Shown here: positions 13,613-25,350 of the stretch, piece by piece | Layout: each line of letters starts with the position of its first letter | Position numbering within the stretch: the stretch's first letter is position 1 | Source: Tricharina praecox | Taxonomy: Eukaryota | Direction of reading: 5' to 3' | Assembly: GCF_024521635.1 (NCBI RefSeq) | Contig: NW_026250426.1 | Location: 434,001 to 498,000, forward strand | Length of the DNA stretch: 64,000 nucleotides | Made by a program: the position numbers and the translations under genes | Notes under the pieces: generated by a model | Database searches by the model: none | What the model was told of the DNA's origin: nothing | The model's input: the letters and a program-made list of their open reading frames with translations, nothing else

Positions 13613-13904
13613 CACATCGATATCCTCCGTCAACAGATCGTTCGCCAGTTTGTACTCCTCGTAGACATAGAAGTAGCTTCCCACGCCGGCGACGGTGGAG
13701 CCAAGAAGGAACCCAAAGATCCTATTCTTCGCTTAGCCTTTCTCTGCAAGGAGCCTCTTCGGGGAGGGGGGAGGGGGGAGGGAGAACATACCCGCCGCGG
13801 AATGCGCCCACCGGCCGTTTGGCGGGAGCGACGGGGATGGCGGCGTTCTTGAGCGTGGGGCTGGTGGAGAAGGCCCGGCGGGCGGCGAAGCGGAGGGGGA
13901 GCAT
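13402..13904 (-). CDS. Small (105 aa) probable mitochondrial single-pass membrane protein of unknown function
   Basis: Exons 13904-13792, 13721-13616, 13500-13402. Protein MLPLRFAARRAFSTSPTLKN (presequence-like)...KRPVGAFRGGIFGFLLGSTVAGVGSYFYVYEEYKLANDLLTEDIDALRSSIGRMELHLRALEE...KGRK*: one hydrophobic helix then a coiled-coil-like segment. Canonical GTATGT and GTGAGT donors. Confidence 0.85.
13562..13610. repeat. (GA)n microsatellite inside intron 2 of the small mitochondrial protein gene
   Basis: About 24 perfect AG units. Confidence 0.95.
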
Positions 13905-15154
13905 GGCTATGTATTCGTGGGCGGTAGTGGGAGGTCGTAGGTGGTAGTGGTGGTGGTGGTGGTGGCGGTGGTGGTGGGGTTGCGGCTTGGTGGGGTGAAG
14001 TGACGACGATGCGGTTGGTTGGGTTGCGAATTATCGCGTGGTGGAAACGAAACCGCTAGTTAGTGCCCAGGGAAGCGGGTTAACCGAACTCGTCACCAGA
14101 GTTTGTGTCATGAAGGAGCACTCGGATATCACTTTTTGGAGCGAGTATGGTGTGGGAATGTGAACCACGAGATGGTGGGGAGCAATGGGGGGTTGGGTAC
14201 TCTCTATCTACGAGTGTCGGTATTCTTCTGTCGGCGCCCTAGGGGGTGTCAATCGTGAGGAGGTACTGTGATGTATGGTAGCCACGTGGAGTAGATTCCT
14301 TCATGTGCACCTCACTCGACATTTCATACACCACACCATCGCTTGTTGCGAATTGCAGTGGCGTGATACGGCGTATTAATCAGCTTCATGCTGTCTACCT
14401 GCAAATACCCAGGTTGCCCATTCCCACACAGAGAAGCAAATAGCTGCTAAAACTTCTCTGCTTTTACTTCACTTCGAGCTCACTCGCACCCATCAGGTTC
14501 TATCCGTGAGCCCTACAGGCTAGGGAATGGATCGGATTAGGCCACATTAGACTGAGCTTAACATGTCAAACATCCTCCTCTATGGTATTGGCAGCGATCC
14601 TAAGTCTATCATGAGGCTGTCGGGTGTGCTAGACGTTCTCATCGCGACTGGCGGTACCGGAAATCCCGTCCGAGTTATTTCCCTGAAGCGAGTGGGGAAG
14701 AATAAGAGGACTGATGCGGCGAAGGTGAATTCCTCTCGTTAAAATGAATGGCCGTGTCAACACTTCATATCGACCAATAGAACAGCGGCCGAGCCACGGA
14801 TTGCAGTAGGGGGAGTCAAAAAAATTTCGGCGCCGCGAGTAGTTGGCCCTGCAGGAAACAGAAATACCGCGCGCCGGTGAAATAAACAAATGATATGCCT
14901 AGATTTGAAGCACTGGAAGTTGTTCATCCCACAATGCTTTCTCCACTGGTAAGAAGAAGACCTTTTTATTCAAGTTGTATCTACCCCCAAACGGCAGCGC
15001 TTAACTAAGTACGTAGGTCCACACCGACTGCACCCAGGCCACGATGGAACCTTATTGCAGGCGGCTCATTCAAAAAGGCCCTTGTTAATCCTATGGATAA
15101 ATCGACAGTATTAGCTCTTCCTCCAATACGAGCCAAAATCATGTCACTCACAAG

Positions 15155-16069
15155 TCAGTGCTCTTCCACCACAAAATACGAAGCATCGACTGCAAACAGC
15201 TCTGTGTCCCCCCAGGTGTGTATTCTCCATTTCATGCAATCTTTGAAGACACGTGTGTCTAATCGAGCTCGAAGGTTGTAGTCGCGAGTGGTATGAATCT
15301 TTGTGAAGGCAGTGAAAATATTCGGGACACGGTCGAATGGTTTTGGAAAAGTACATGTCCCACTCCAACCTCTGTTTGGGTCGCCGCTAAAGTCCCCAAC
15401 TAAGACACCCGCTTTATCGGATGGGAATGCGACCCAAGTCGCCTGGGCCCCCGAGTTATGAATCCCGGATCCGATGTGTATATCGAATCCGTCACAGCCA
15501 ACCTCCAATGTGTAGAGATGAATTAGTCGATCATTGCCAACTTCGAATCCACTCAGCCCCACAAATACAGTAGGCGGCTTGGGGAAAGAGCGATCGAACC
15601 TATCTCACACGAACAACTGCTACTCAATTTTCTCGAAGAGCAAAAGAGCAAAATGCGGAGGTGCCCCGGGGCCACCCCCACAACCTGATGAGGGATAAAT
15701 CAGTGCCCCGCCCCGGGGCATTTACAATTATGTATATATCATAGACTGTTCTCATAGGCTCTGGTGCGTAAGCCAATGGAAGCGCTTGATATCTACTGAC
15801 ATTCCTCGGCGCCCTCCCCGCACCAACCATGCACCAGCCATGCACTCCGGAGGCTGGCAGTGTCTCTCGTGGGCCGCCTCAGTGGTCGCTGTGGTTTGTG
15901 CCGTATCATTGGCCACTGACTCTGTAGGTGAAGCTCGTGTCTTTTTTTTCTTCGAGTTTTTTCCCCCGTTGTTTACCAACTGGCTCACTTTAGGGCCTGG
16001 TATGATGCCAAGCAGCTGCACGTGACCGCCATTGTCTACTCTACTCCCTTGAGACAAATCCGAGCCCAT
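15155..16069 (-). pseudogene. H-type lectin domain gene, apparently frameshifted; 5' structure uncertain
   Basis: 15598-15155 encodes FDRSFPKPPTVFVGLSGFEVG...ATWVAFP...TFPKPFDRVPNIFTAFTKI...HTWGDTELFAVDASYFVVE, two H-type-lectin-like units. A tentative model (exon 16069-15797, intron 15796-15685, exon from 15684) reaches ...SCEI one base out of frame with the lectin frame near 15600. Confidence 0.55.
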
Positions 16070-18360
16070 ACTCCCTTCAGTCGGATACAAACTGGCCGAG
16101 TTGGAAATAGGTATTCGTGTCGTTGCATCACTGCCGATCACTCGTACAAGAAAACTTACTGGAGGGAGCTAAAGCCATTCACTATCTATTATAATCATAT
16201 GCCTAGACCACGGGTTCAATGATTAGACCGTTAGAAAGACACGGTTCAACGGGTGGTTGAGGCAGCTAAGAGTGATAGAAATGTATGCAGCGTAGCAAAG
16301 CGAGTGATAAGCGATGAGACATCTAGGTACTGTTGGATGACTCAAATAACGAAAGCGGAAAACCGGCTCGACAACAATAGCCTGTCGGACACGCCACCAA
16401 CGCTATGGCAAAGTATAGGGAGTAATAGAGAATATGTATCGAATATAATATTCAGGGTACTAGTATGTGGATATGAAGTATTCAATTGTATGTATGTTCA
16501 TCCCGGGGAAAGGGTGGAACCCAAGGCCACTGCGGGCACCGTCGGCGCGTCAGTGAATGGCAGCAGTGTAGGTCATAATTAACTACTCGCACCAACTAGT
16601 AATTGATATGTAGTCATCGTCGCCACCTGTCGCTCAACTGCATCAATTACGACATCGTCAAACTTCAGCGCTCATGTAGAGTACTAGTATTCCCATGTTG
16701 TGGGTAGACAGTACAGACGGCCTGCCCAAAGGTCCCTGATATGTATCTAGACGGTATGTCTGAATAAAACCCGTAGATCTAGAAGTGGTTCGGTTTGCCC
16801 TCAACTGCTGCATCGTGCTAGGTATTCCATAGCAAGATAGTCAATTTCCCAATGGGCTGAAACAAGGTATGGAAGCACATACTTATTTACGCCTTACAGC
16901 TATTGGTGCCATGATGTTCGGGGTGGTATGTAAGACCGGAGTACCCAGTTTAGCAGCGGAATTAATGTTGTATCATACTATTCTGCCTGCGATTGCCAGT
17001 GTTGTTGAGACTTTCGACAGCCCCGCTTTCCGCGACTCGAATGACCACACAAGTTACATAGGTAGCTCGACTCTCGAGTTTGTGACTTCAAGAAATAAAA
17101 CTACAATTTCGTTGACGATATCCGAACCAGAACCCAATCGCCCCGCATCACCCTGCAGCATAAGTTTCGACTCGGTGTTAGTAGTGATGGAGCACGACAC
17201 GGGAGGCGGGCTGATACCTATGAAAACCTGATCTCACGAGGATAGTAATCCTCGAGCTAGCGCGGATAGCTGTCCGTCTGAGCCGCCATAGTTACGGCCG
17301 GGCGCGGGTCGCATCATCGGATATGAAGATAACATCAGCCACCGAACGGGTGGTTGGAGTTTCCTTCGAAGCTGGGCGGGTGGATCGCCAGATCGCCTTG
17401 GAGTGCTGGTATTATTAGGGTATCGCAGTGCTGAGCTGAGAATGAGGCGGCCGGGCATGGTGGGATACTCGCATTCCGCCCACCTACCTGGAGACTAGGT
17501 GGTATGGCGGCATTGTCGGCACTGTTTATACCCTCTAGGGCGGCCATTCGAGCTGCGAGTGCAAGGCTGTGGCCTGTGGGCGACGTTGTGAATGGGGAAC
17601 CCAGAGCTTGCGTGTGGCTTGGCCTTTGTGATGGGGCGTTCTCCAGACTACTCCGGTGCAGAGTAGGGACCTGTCAACCCCTGCAAGGAGCGTGTTTTGG
17701 CCCCAGTGCGTGTGCTAACTAGTGGAGTAGCGAGGGGCGCTATCAACGAGACAGCCAGAACCCTGACGGCGCTGGCCTCCTGATGTCGGTGGCCAGTCAG
17801 TCGCTTTTCTGGTAGTACGTATGATACCAGCACCTTCATAGATAACACATGGATATCCGCGGTGACGAGGTCTCGGACGTTCTCCACGCATAGAAGGACC
17901 AACTCGAACGCTGCTTTCTAAAGGCCGCTTCACACACATATTTACACGGAAACGCCATAACTCGTAAGGTCCATCGCCGCAACGACAATCACAGCCACTC
18001 TCGGATTTTCTCCTTGCGTGTTCAGATATTTACTTCAGGCACGTTGCTGCACTTTCTCAGCTTACAGCGGCAACACTTTCGAACCTCCTGCAGCGCAGTC
18101 TCGCCGTCTTTCTATACGCCTGCTCACATTCCTGCACCTGCCTGCCTGCACAGCTGCAGCTCCCGTTCCACCAGAGCTGTTGGCGTCTCGTCCGAACCCA
18201 CCTTTTCCACCCGCAACACAACATAACCCCGCAACACCCGCCGGACTAAAGAAAGAAACAAGAAGCAGAAGAAGGGCACACTTCGTTCTTCTCTCTTCCT
18301 CCCCCCTTCCATACGATACGAGAAGAAACCAAACCAAACAGCACCCTATCTCACGAAACC

Positions 18361-20028
18361 ATGGCTGCCTTCCAAGCATCGGCTCGAGCTCGCCAGCACC
18401 AGCAGCTCCTGAGCATTTCCCGCAACCCGTCGTACCTCGACGACGACGCGGTCACGCGAACAACACAAACACAAACGCCACTGTTCACGCCCGACACCGA
18501 GGAATGGGTCGTATTCTCTCCCTCGGTCGCTGGCGAGACGAACACCATCCTATCGGGCACCGGCACCAAGAGCGACGTCGACAGTAGCATCATCACCACT
18601 TCGTCGCCACAGCACACACGTCACGTGCCCGTGTTTGAGGATGAGGAAGAGGAGGAGGAGGAGGAGTCGCTCGATGGCGCGGAAACAGATTCCCTGCAGG
18701 CGTTCCGTGATCAGGAGGATCAGGTGTTGTTCCCCACACTGCCGACGCACGACGGGCTTGGAACATTCGCATCTTCGTCAGGGATGACGGGGTTCAGGTC
18801 GCTCGAGGAGTCGCTGCGGCTTGCGGCCGCGAATGAGCAGGGCAGGGAGGGGGATGATACGCATTCGAGGATCATGAAGTGGCGGATGGAGCAGGGTCAT
18901 GCGTTGATGGACGAGATCGAGAAGGCGACGAGGAGGCGCAGACGGTTGTCAATTATCAGTCGGAGGAACACACATTCCGGGAGGGCGAGCAGGGTGGGCG
19001 AGGGGGAGAAATATGAGGAGGCGGTGATCCAGGAGACCGACGACGAGACGCAGAGCGAGGACGAGGAGGAGGATGCTACGAACGAGACGTTCTGGAAGCG
19101 GATCACTAGGAGCTTCATTCGCGATATCATCGGCATCGACGACAATCTTCTCGAAGTACTCTTCGGCGAGGCGCTGCCCGCAGAAGTGCAGCTCGACTCC
19201 TCATCCGAGGAAGTACAATTCAAGAAAGATACCGAAGAACGGATTCTAAATCGGATCGCAAAGGAGTTGGGAGAGCTCGTACACCTCTACACCCACCATC
19301 CCTCCGGGACCGGCGCTTTCTCGAAGGCACCAGAAGGAGGCGACTCGGAGGAGGAAGACGGTGCGAAGACCCCGCAACCTCGTACGACCCAGGAAGCCAC
19401 AATTTCGCCCAAGGTCGTACGTCCACGTGGTTCCTCGCTGATCAGCGCCGCAACTGGTACATCCTCGGTACCCCAGTTTCAGTTCGCCCCGACCCTCGCA
19501 TTGCGACGGGAAGAGGCACACCATGCCTCCCTTTGGGGCATCGAAGAGAACGACGACCTGATGAACACACAGCTTCGTCGCGAGTATTGGGAACAGGAAC
19601 TCGACATGCGGCTTGTCTTTTCGTATCTCAAATCCCGTTTTTATGGACTACCTCCTCGACCCCCTACGACATCATCGGCCTCAGCCGCCACCACTACCAC
19701 TACCTCCTCGGCACCGTTGCATCATCACCACCCGCTGATCAACGGCAAACACTCGTACTACAATCGGAAATCGACGACGACAATAGCACCATCCACCACC
19801 GCCGCCAATGCAGCCGCAGCACCCGTGCCGGCCCCTGGTGGGTTCTTTGGAAACTTTATCATGGGGAACCTGAAGATGGGTGGGAATTGGGCCGAGCGAG
19901 TGACGAAGGATAGACGGGGGAGCAAGGCTAGTTCGCGAAGCAGAGGAGGGTACTATTGGGGCGTTGCGACGAGTGTCGGCAGCGGACAGAGCAGCTGTGT
20001 AGGCACGGGCATATGGGCTGCCATCTAA
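18361..20028 (+). CDS. Uncharacterised 555-aa fungal protein, largely disordered
   Basis: Single long ATG ORF with coding-like codon use. Structured islands EEWVVFSP, LPTHDGLGTF, RIMKWRMEQ, FWKRITRSFIRDIIGIDD and REYWEQELD. Flanked by a C/A-rich leader and a T-rich trailer. Confidence 0.85.
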   Translation: MAAFQASARARQHQQLLSISRNPSYLDDDAVTRTTQTQTPLFTPDTEEWVVFSPSVAGETNTILSGTGTKSDVDSSIITTSSPQHTRHVPVFEDEEEEEEEESLDGAETDSLQAFRDQEDQVLFPTLPTHDGLGTFASSSGMTGFRSLEESLRLAAANEQGREGDDTHSRIMKWRMEQGHALMDEIEKATRRRRRLSIISRRNTHSGRASRVGEGEKYEEAVIQETDDETQSEDEEEDATNETFWKRITRSFIRDIIGIDDNLLEVLFGEALPAEVQLDSSSEEVQFKKDTEERILNRIAKELGELVHLYTHHPSGTGAFSKAPEGGDSEEEDGAKTPQPRTTQEATISPKVVRPRGSSLISAATGTSSVPQFQFAPTLALRREEAHHASLWGIEENDDLMNTQLRREYWEQELDMRLVFSYLKSRFYGLPPRPPTTSSASAATTTTTSSAPLHHHHPLINGKHSYYNRKSTTTIAPSTTAANAAAAPVPAPGGFFGNFIMGNLKMGGNWAERVTKDRRGSKASSRSRGGYYWGVATSVGSGQSSCVGTGIWAAI

Positions 20029-20804
20029 TATTTTGCGTGCGATTTGACATGTCATGTGTGTGTTGCATGCTGAAAGTACATATTCTGGTTATTTTGTTCT
20101 TTTTTCTTGAGTATTTTCTCCCTTCCTTCCCCTCAAGTCGCATTTCTATTTTTGTGTTTTTTCTTTTCTTATGTCTAAATGAGGGGGTTGCATATTGTGA
20201 ATAATAAAGCGTTGCATACGAGTGCGCTTTTGAAAGTTGGATCCTGCATGGTGGGGTAAAGAAGGAGGGGCGGAGAAGGAGGGGCGAAGGAGGAGATGGG
20301 GGGAAGCGTGGGCATCCATTGCGTATCATATCATAAAGCGGTTGCATTATCTAGAAAAGGAATTATCGAAGTTCATTCTTTACACACACACACGACACCG
20401 CGCCATCATCATCATCACGAACTACTAGTGGAGATGATGTCATCTACTTAAAGTACTCTAAGTTGCCGGTGGGCTGATGGGTTGGGATCTCCGTTATCGT
20501 CCGTAGGGCGGGCGGGGAAGGAACGGGTTCGGGAATCGGGAGGAGTGAGATCTCGTGTTTTCGTCTCCGTCTCACGCGAGCGAGCGAGTTTCATGATGAC
20601 GAGGTGACGAACGAGGTGGTCCACAAGTGGATCGAGGGAATTAGAGAATCCCCGATATCTACCCGAACAAAGAGACCGACCGACAGCAAGCAAGCAGGCA
20701 AGAGAAAAGGAGACGGAAGAAAAGAAGAAAAAAAGCACAACCATGCCAACTCCGTAATGCGTACGCCCCATCCATCCGCACCGCTTCGACATGCCGTGCC
20801 GTGC

Positions 20805-22091
20805 TCAATTCCTGTACTCCTTCTGCAGCAGCTTCGCGATCGTCTGCAATTGGATGTTACTGGTGCCCTCGTAGATGGCGCCGATCTTCGAGTCGCGCCA
20901 GAACTTCTCGCTCAATCCCTCCCTGACGAATCCCATGCCTCCCTGCCACTCGATGGCGAGCGACGAGACCCTTTCGGCGACCTGCGAGGCGTAGAGCTTG
21001 GCCATAGCCGCCTCGCGGACGAACCCTTCGCCCGCGCGAATCCCACCGGTCTCCTTCGTGCGGACAGCGTTGTAGAGGAGCGCACGCGCAGCCTCGATCT
21101 CGGTGCGTGCCTGTGCGATCTGGAACTGCATTCCCTGGAAGTCACCGACGAACTGCCCGAACTGCTTGCGGTCGTTCCAGACGTATTTCACTGCCGTTTC
21201 CCAAGCGCCGAGGGCTAGTCCCGTCATCTGCGCCGCAATGCCGATTCGTCCCTCGTTGAGGATCGAGATGGCGTATTTGTACCCCTCGCCCTCCTTGCCC
21301 AGCAGGTTCTCGACGGGGACCTCTACCTCGTCGAAGGTCAGTACGCATGTCGACGACGCCTTGATCCCGAGCTTCTTCTCCTTCTTGGCAATGTTGAACC
21401 CGGGCATGCCTTTCTCCAGCACGAAGGCTGAAATGCCCTTGTATCCACGTTCCGGCGCCACGTTGGCAAACACGATAAACACCTCCGCCTCCGCCGCATT
21501 AGTAATCCACATCTTCTGCCCGGTGATGGTGTACGAGCCGCCAGACTGACTCTTCATGGCCCTGGTCTTCAGCGCAAACGCATCACTGCCGCTCGCCGGC
21601 TCGCTCAAGCAGAAGCTGCCGACACTCCCGCTCGCCAGCTTCGGCAGGAACTTGCTCTTCAGATGCTCGCTCGCATAAGTCTTAAAGATAGTGTTGACGA
21701 GGGTATTGTGTACATCGACCATGACGCTGACACTGGGGTCGACGCGCGCCAGCTCCTCGATCGCAACAATGCACGCCCCGAAGTTCATCTCGGACCCGCC
21801 GTACTTCTCGGGAATCTCGATGCCCATCAGCCCCTGCTCGAACAGCTGCGACACTATTGTCGCGTCCATCTTCTCCGCCTCGTCCATCTCCCGGACTTTG
21901 GGAAGGATTGTCTCCGAAGCGAACCGCGATACTGAGTCCCGTAGCATCTCTTCCGTCTCTGTGAGCGCGAAGATGGGCGTCGGTGTGAACTCCGTGTAGC
22001 TTCGGCGGAGGGCGGGGACGGTTCGGACGGCAGCGGTGGGGCGAAGGAGCGTCGAAGCCCCGCGGCGGGTCAGGTGGCGGATGGCGCTCAT
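20805..22091 (-). CDS. Mitochondrial short/branched-chain acyl-CoA dehydrogenase (ACADSB-like)
   Basis: Intronless 428-aa ORF with Arg-rich presequence; motifs FCLSEPASGSDA, GQKMWITN, KLGIKASST, LNEGRIGIAAQ, RKQFGQ, IYEGTSNIQ. Confidence 0.95.
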   Translation of the reverse strand: MSAIRHLTRRGASTLLRPTAAVRTVPALRRSYTEFTPTPIFALTETEEMLRDSVSRFASETILPKVREMDEAEKMDATIVSQLFEQGLMGIEIPEKYGGSEMNFGACIVAIEELARVDPSVSVMVDVHNTLVNTIFKTYASEHLKSKFLPKLASGSVGSFCLSEPASGSDAFALKTRAMKSQSGGSYTITGQKMWITNAAEAEVFIVFANVAPERGYKGISAFVLEKGMPGFNIAKKEKKLGIKASSTCVLTFDEVEVPVENLLGKEGEGYKYAISILNEGRIGIAAQMTGLALGAWETAVKYVWNDRKQFGQFVGDFQGMQFQIAQARTEIEAARALLYNAVRTKETGGIRAGEGFVREAAMAKLYASQVAERVSSLAIEWQGGMGFVREGLSEKFWRDSKIGAIYEGTSNIQLQTIAKLLQKEYRN

Positions 22092-22689
22092 GATTTCGGT
22101 GGAGGTCGAGGAAGGTAGGTGTGGTATGTGAGGTCGAGATAGGTATATTCGGCTGAGGTGGGGCGTGTAGAATGAGGAGGCTCTATATGTAGGAAAGAAT
22201 GGTAAACTGATCCGGGGAAGAGGATGGACTGGATGATCCTCTCCTCCGGTTCTGGGAGCGGGGTGTATTCTGGCATGTGCGATGATGCCGATGGAAGCCG
22301 AGGATGGTGGCCATGTGAAAGCTTCGTAGGGCTAGCAAGGGAACGTGGAGGAGCTTCTCCACACTTTTGGGCCGAAGCTTGTGCAAGCCAGCCACGTACC
22401 GAGTCCGAGACGGGAATAAGCAAGGCGTCTTCGCTGCGGTGATGGACCAAGGTATCGAGGACTAGAAGTCAATTGGTTCCTGTGAAGATGAGATGTCGTT
22501 TTGTCAGACGGAACACGTAGCAGAGTGGCCGGTGACATGACATGGGCCTAAGGACCGTTCTTTTATCGCTAATCAAGTCCGTCACTCCCGGGCTGGTTCA
22601 CCTAGATACATCATCCGCGCGCGTTGTATGTCTCTAGTTCTGCCACAGTGACAATCTCCCACGACATAACTAACAAATAATTTCCTGCT

Positions 22690-24681
22690 ATGAATGATCT
22701 GAACGACTCATGTTCCGCCGAAATCGAGAAGGGCCAGGCCAAGGTCGACGCCGGCCTTCTCCCCCGAGACCACTGTGCGGCCCCCCTACGTCACGCCAGC
22801 CCAACCATACCGTACCGTACCCCCCGACTGACTGGCGGCGGAATTGTGATGTGCAGATAAACACCGTCTGCCGCGATGGAGATACATGGCGCGGCAACGG
22901 CTGCTGCCGCTCGTGAGATGGGAGACACCATATCTCGCGTGGATGCAGGTGCGCTCGCGTTCCCTCCTCCTCCTCCTCCTCCTCCTCGTTCTCTAGAAAC
23001 TGATTGAATGTGTGTATGGAATAGGAGCACTGTCGCACGCCCTTCCTTGACTCCTACTTCGCGCTCACGGCGAATCTGGGAACGCACACGTTCTTTATGA
23101 CCATGCTGCCGATGTTGTTTTGGTTTGGGTTCACAGATCTTGGGCGAGGGTGAGTGACCGCCAGAGAGAGGGAGGGAATGTCGGATCGACATGGGGAAGC
23201 AGGGCCTAACGGAGAACATGGTTGCGCGCGCACAGAGCTGTGCATGTACTGGCGTCGGGTGTCTTCTTCAGCGGGTTTGTGAAGGATCTGCTATGGTATG
23301 TGGAAGTTGCATGTTTGTCCGGGGAGGGAAGAGGCATGAGCTGATGGATGGTTGGATACAGCCTGCCACGACCGCTATCGCCGCCTCTACACCGGATCAC
23401 GATGTCGGGGTCTGCGGCGCTGGAATATGGCTTTCCAAGTACCCACTCGACGAACGCCGTTTCGGTGGCGCTTTACGGCCTACTCGCGCTCAATGATTCA
23501 CCTAGCGTTCCGTCACATGTCCGCGTCGGTCTGCAGTCGTTGGCCGCGGTATATACCTTCTCGATCATCTTCGGCCGGCTGTACTGCGGCATGCACGGCT
23601 TCTTGGATGTGATAGTCGGGATCACGCTCGGCGCATTCCTTGCGGTCGTGCAATGGGTGTTCCGGCATGACATAGATGCCTACGTGTTTGGCGATAGCTT
23701 CGTCCCCATCTTGACTATCGCGATTGGGATTCTGGTCCTGGTCAGGATTCATCCAGAGCCGGCGGATGCGTGTCCGTGTTTCGATGACGGCGTGGCGTTC
23801 GCGGCGGTCATCTTTGGGGTTGAGCTCGGTAATTGGCATTACTCGAAGACCGTGTGGAGCTGGAACGAGCCATCGCTCGGAACGGTCCCATATGAGTATC
23901 AGCAGCTTGGGCTGGTAAAGTCCTTTCTGCGAGTTATCGTAGGTGAGTAAATCACCATCCGCAATCCCCCACAAACGACAGAGGCTCAATTATCCCAGGT
24001 ATCGTGATCATATTTCTCTGGCGCGGAACTGCAAAGCCCACATTCCACCACTTCCTTCCACCAATCTACCGTCTGGTCGAACGCATTGGCCTTCTGCTCC
24101 CACGCAAAGACTTCATCTCCGCCTCAGAGTACAAGAAGGTTCCCCAGCTGCCAGATGACACTCTCCCCTCCCTCGACGAGCTTCCCTCCCTTGTCCGCTC
24201 CATCCGGCGTCCACGCTCCGACTCGGTCGGCCCACAGTCCGCCGCCGATGCCTACGAAACCCTGGCATACCGCGAGATGCGGCGGCGGGAGAGTAACGCC
24301 GCATCCACTGCCCCCAAACCGAGGGAGGTGGATAAATACGAGAGGGAGATGGGGACAGGAGTGGTCGATGTGGATGCTCTCTACAGAGGGAATCATGATT
24401 GCGAGCATGATTATGCCTGTGGAAATAGTGAGGGCGAGGAGGAGAGGGAGGTGTTTAGACGCATTGAACCGTTCAAACCACGCGTTAGATATGATGTTGA
24501 GGTCGTTACGAAGCTGGTGGTTTATGCTGGTATATTCTTCCCCCTTCCCTTAAACATGAAGGTGGAATGAATATCCATGTGCTGATGGTTTATAGGAATC
24601 GCCTGGTGGGCCGTCGAGGGTGCTCCTATCATCTTTGAGCTCGTGGGCCTGGGAATGGGTGCTGTGGGGGCAGTGATATGA
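22690..24681 (+). CDS. LCB3: Long-chain base (dihydrosphingosine)-1-phosphate phosphatase, PAP2 family
   Basis: Exons 22690-22774, 22857-22948, 23025-23149, 23236-23295, 23362-23942, 23999-24529, 24596-24681. PAP2 motifs KDLLCLPRP, EYGFPSTHS, GRLYCGMHGFLD; also HPEPADACPCFDD and RYDVEVVTKLVVYAGI. Confidence 0.92.
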
Positions 24682-25048
24682 TACCTATCCACTTGCTCAA
24701 TTGGGTTGTGTAGGTGTGATGATACAATTTATATGGTTGTCCTGTTTATCTGGGAGAATGGCGAGATGGGGGAGTGGGGTGCTCATAGTAATGGAATGCG
24801 TGGTTCCCCGTCACTCGACTGTACTCTATGGCAAAAACTTGTATCTGTATGCGTGCGGGCCAGCCGTCATATAATATCACTCGGAAATATTACAGCGTGA
24901 GCAAGCATGAGCCATCGCGAGTCCAGGCCCATTCTGACAAAAGGAAGAAAAAAGGTAGACTCAGCACCGAGCAGGTAAACGGCGAGTGCGAGGTGGTGTC
25001 GCCACACACACACATAGAATTTGCCAAGCCGCCCCTCGGAGCCTCAGC

Positions 25049-25056
25049 TGTGACTG
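25049..25056. promoter_or_regulatory. Homol-D box (TGTGACTG) upstream of RPS30
   Basis: Exact match to the ribosomal-protein promoter element CAGTCACA/TGTGACTG, about 150 bp upstream of the putative 5'UTR intron. Confidence 0.5.
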
Positions 25057-25206
25057 TTCCTCCACACAACCAGGGCACGAGCTTAGCGCCCGACAACAAC
25101 GACTGGGCGCGGAACTCTAGCTCCATCGCCCGACCGATCACACAAACCCGCCTCGACGACGAAATCGAACTCACGCCACACGACATCCCACCACCCATCG
25201 ACAAAG

Positions 25207-25320
25207 GTACGAAATGACCCCTCCCCATTCCGAGCGACCGCACGAAATATTTACATCTACGGCATCGGAGACAGAGAAGGAAATCGGGGAGCATAAAAGG
25301 CTGATTGAACAAACGACAGC
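25207..25320 (+). other. Putative 5'UTR intron of RPS30
   Basis: AAG|GTACGA donor at 25207, GCTGAT branch-like site, tandem CAGCAG acceptor (25320/25323) about 30 nt before the ATG. Confidence 0.65.
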
Positions 25321-25350
25321 AGTTTCGCCACAACTTCTACAACCGCAATC

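Noticed and set aside
15685..15720. CTGATGA followed by a possible stem (hammerhead ribozyme core)
   Set aside because: No GAAA after stem II and no plausible stems I or III.
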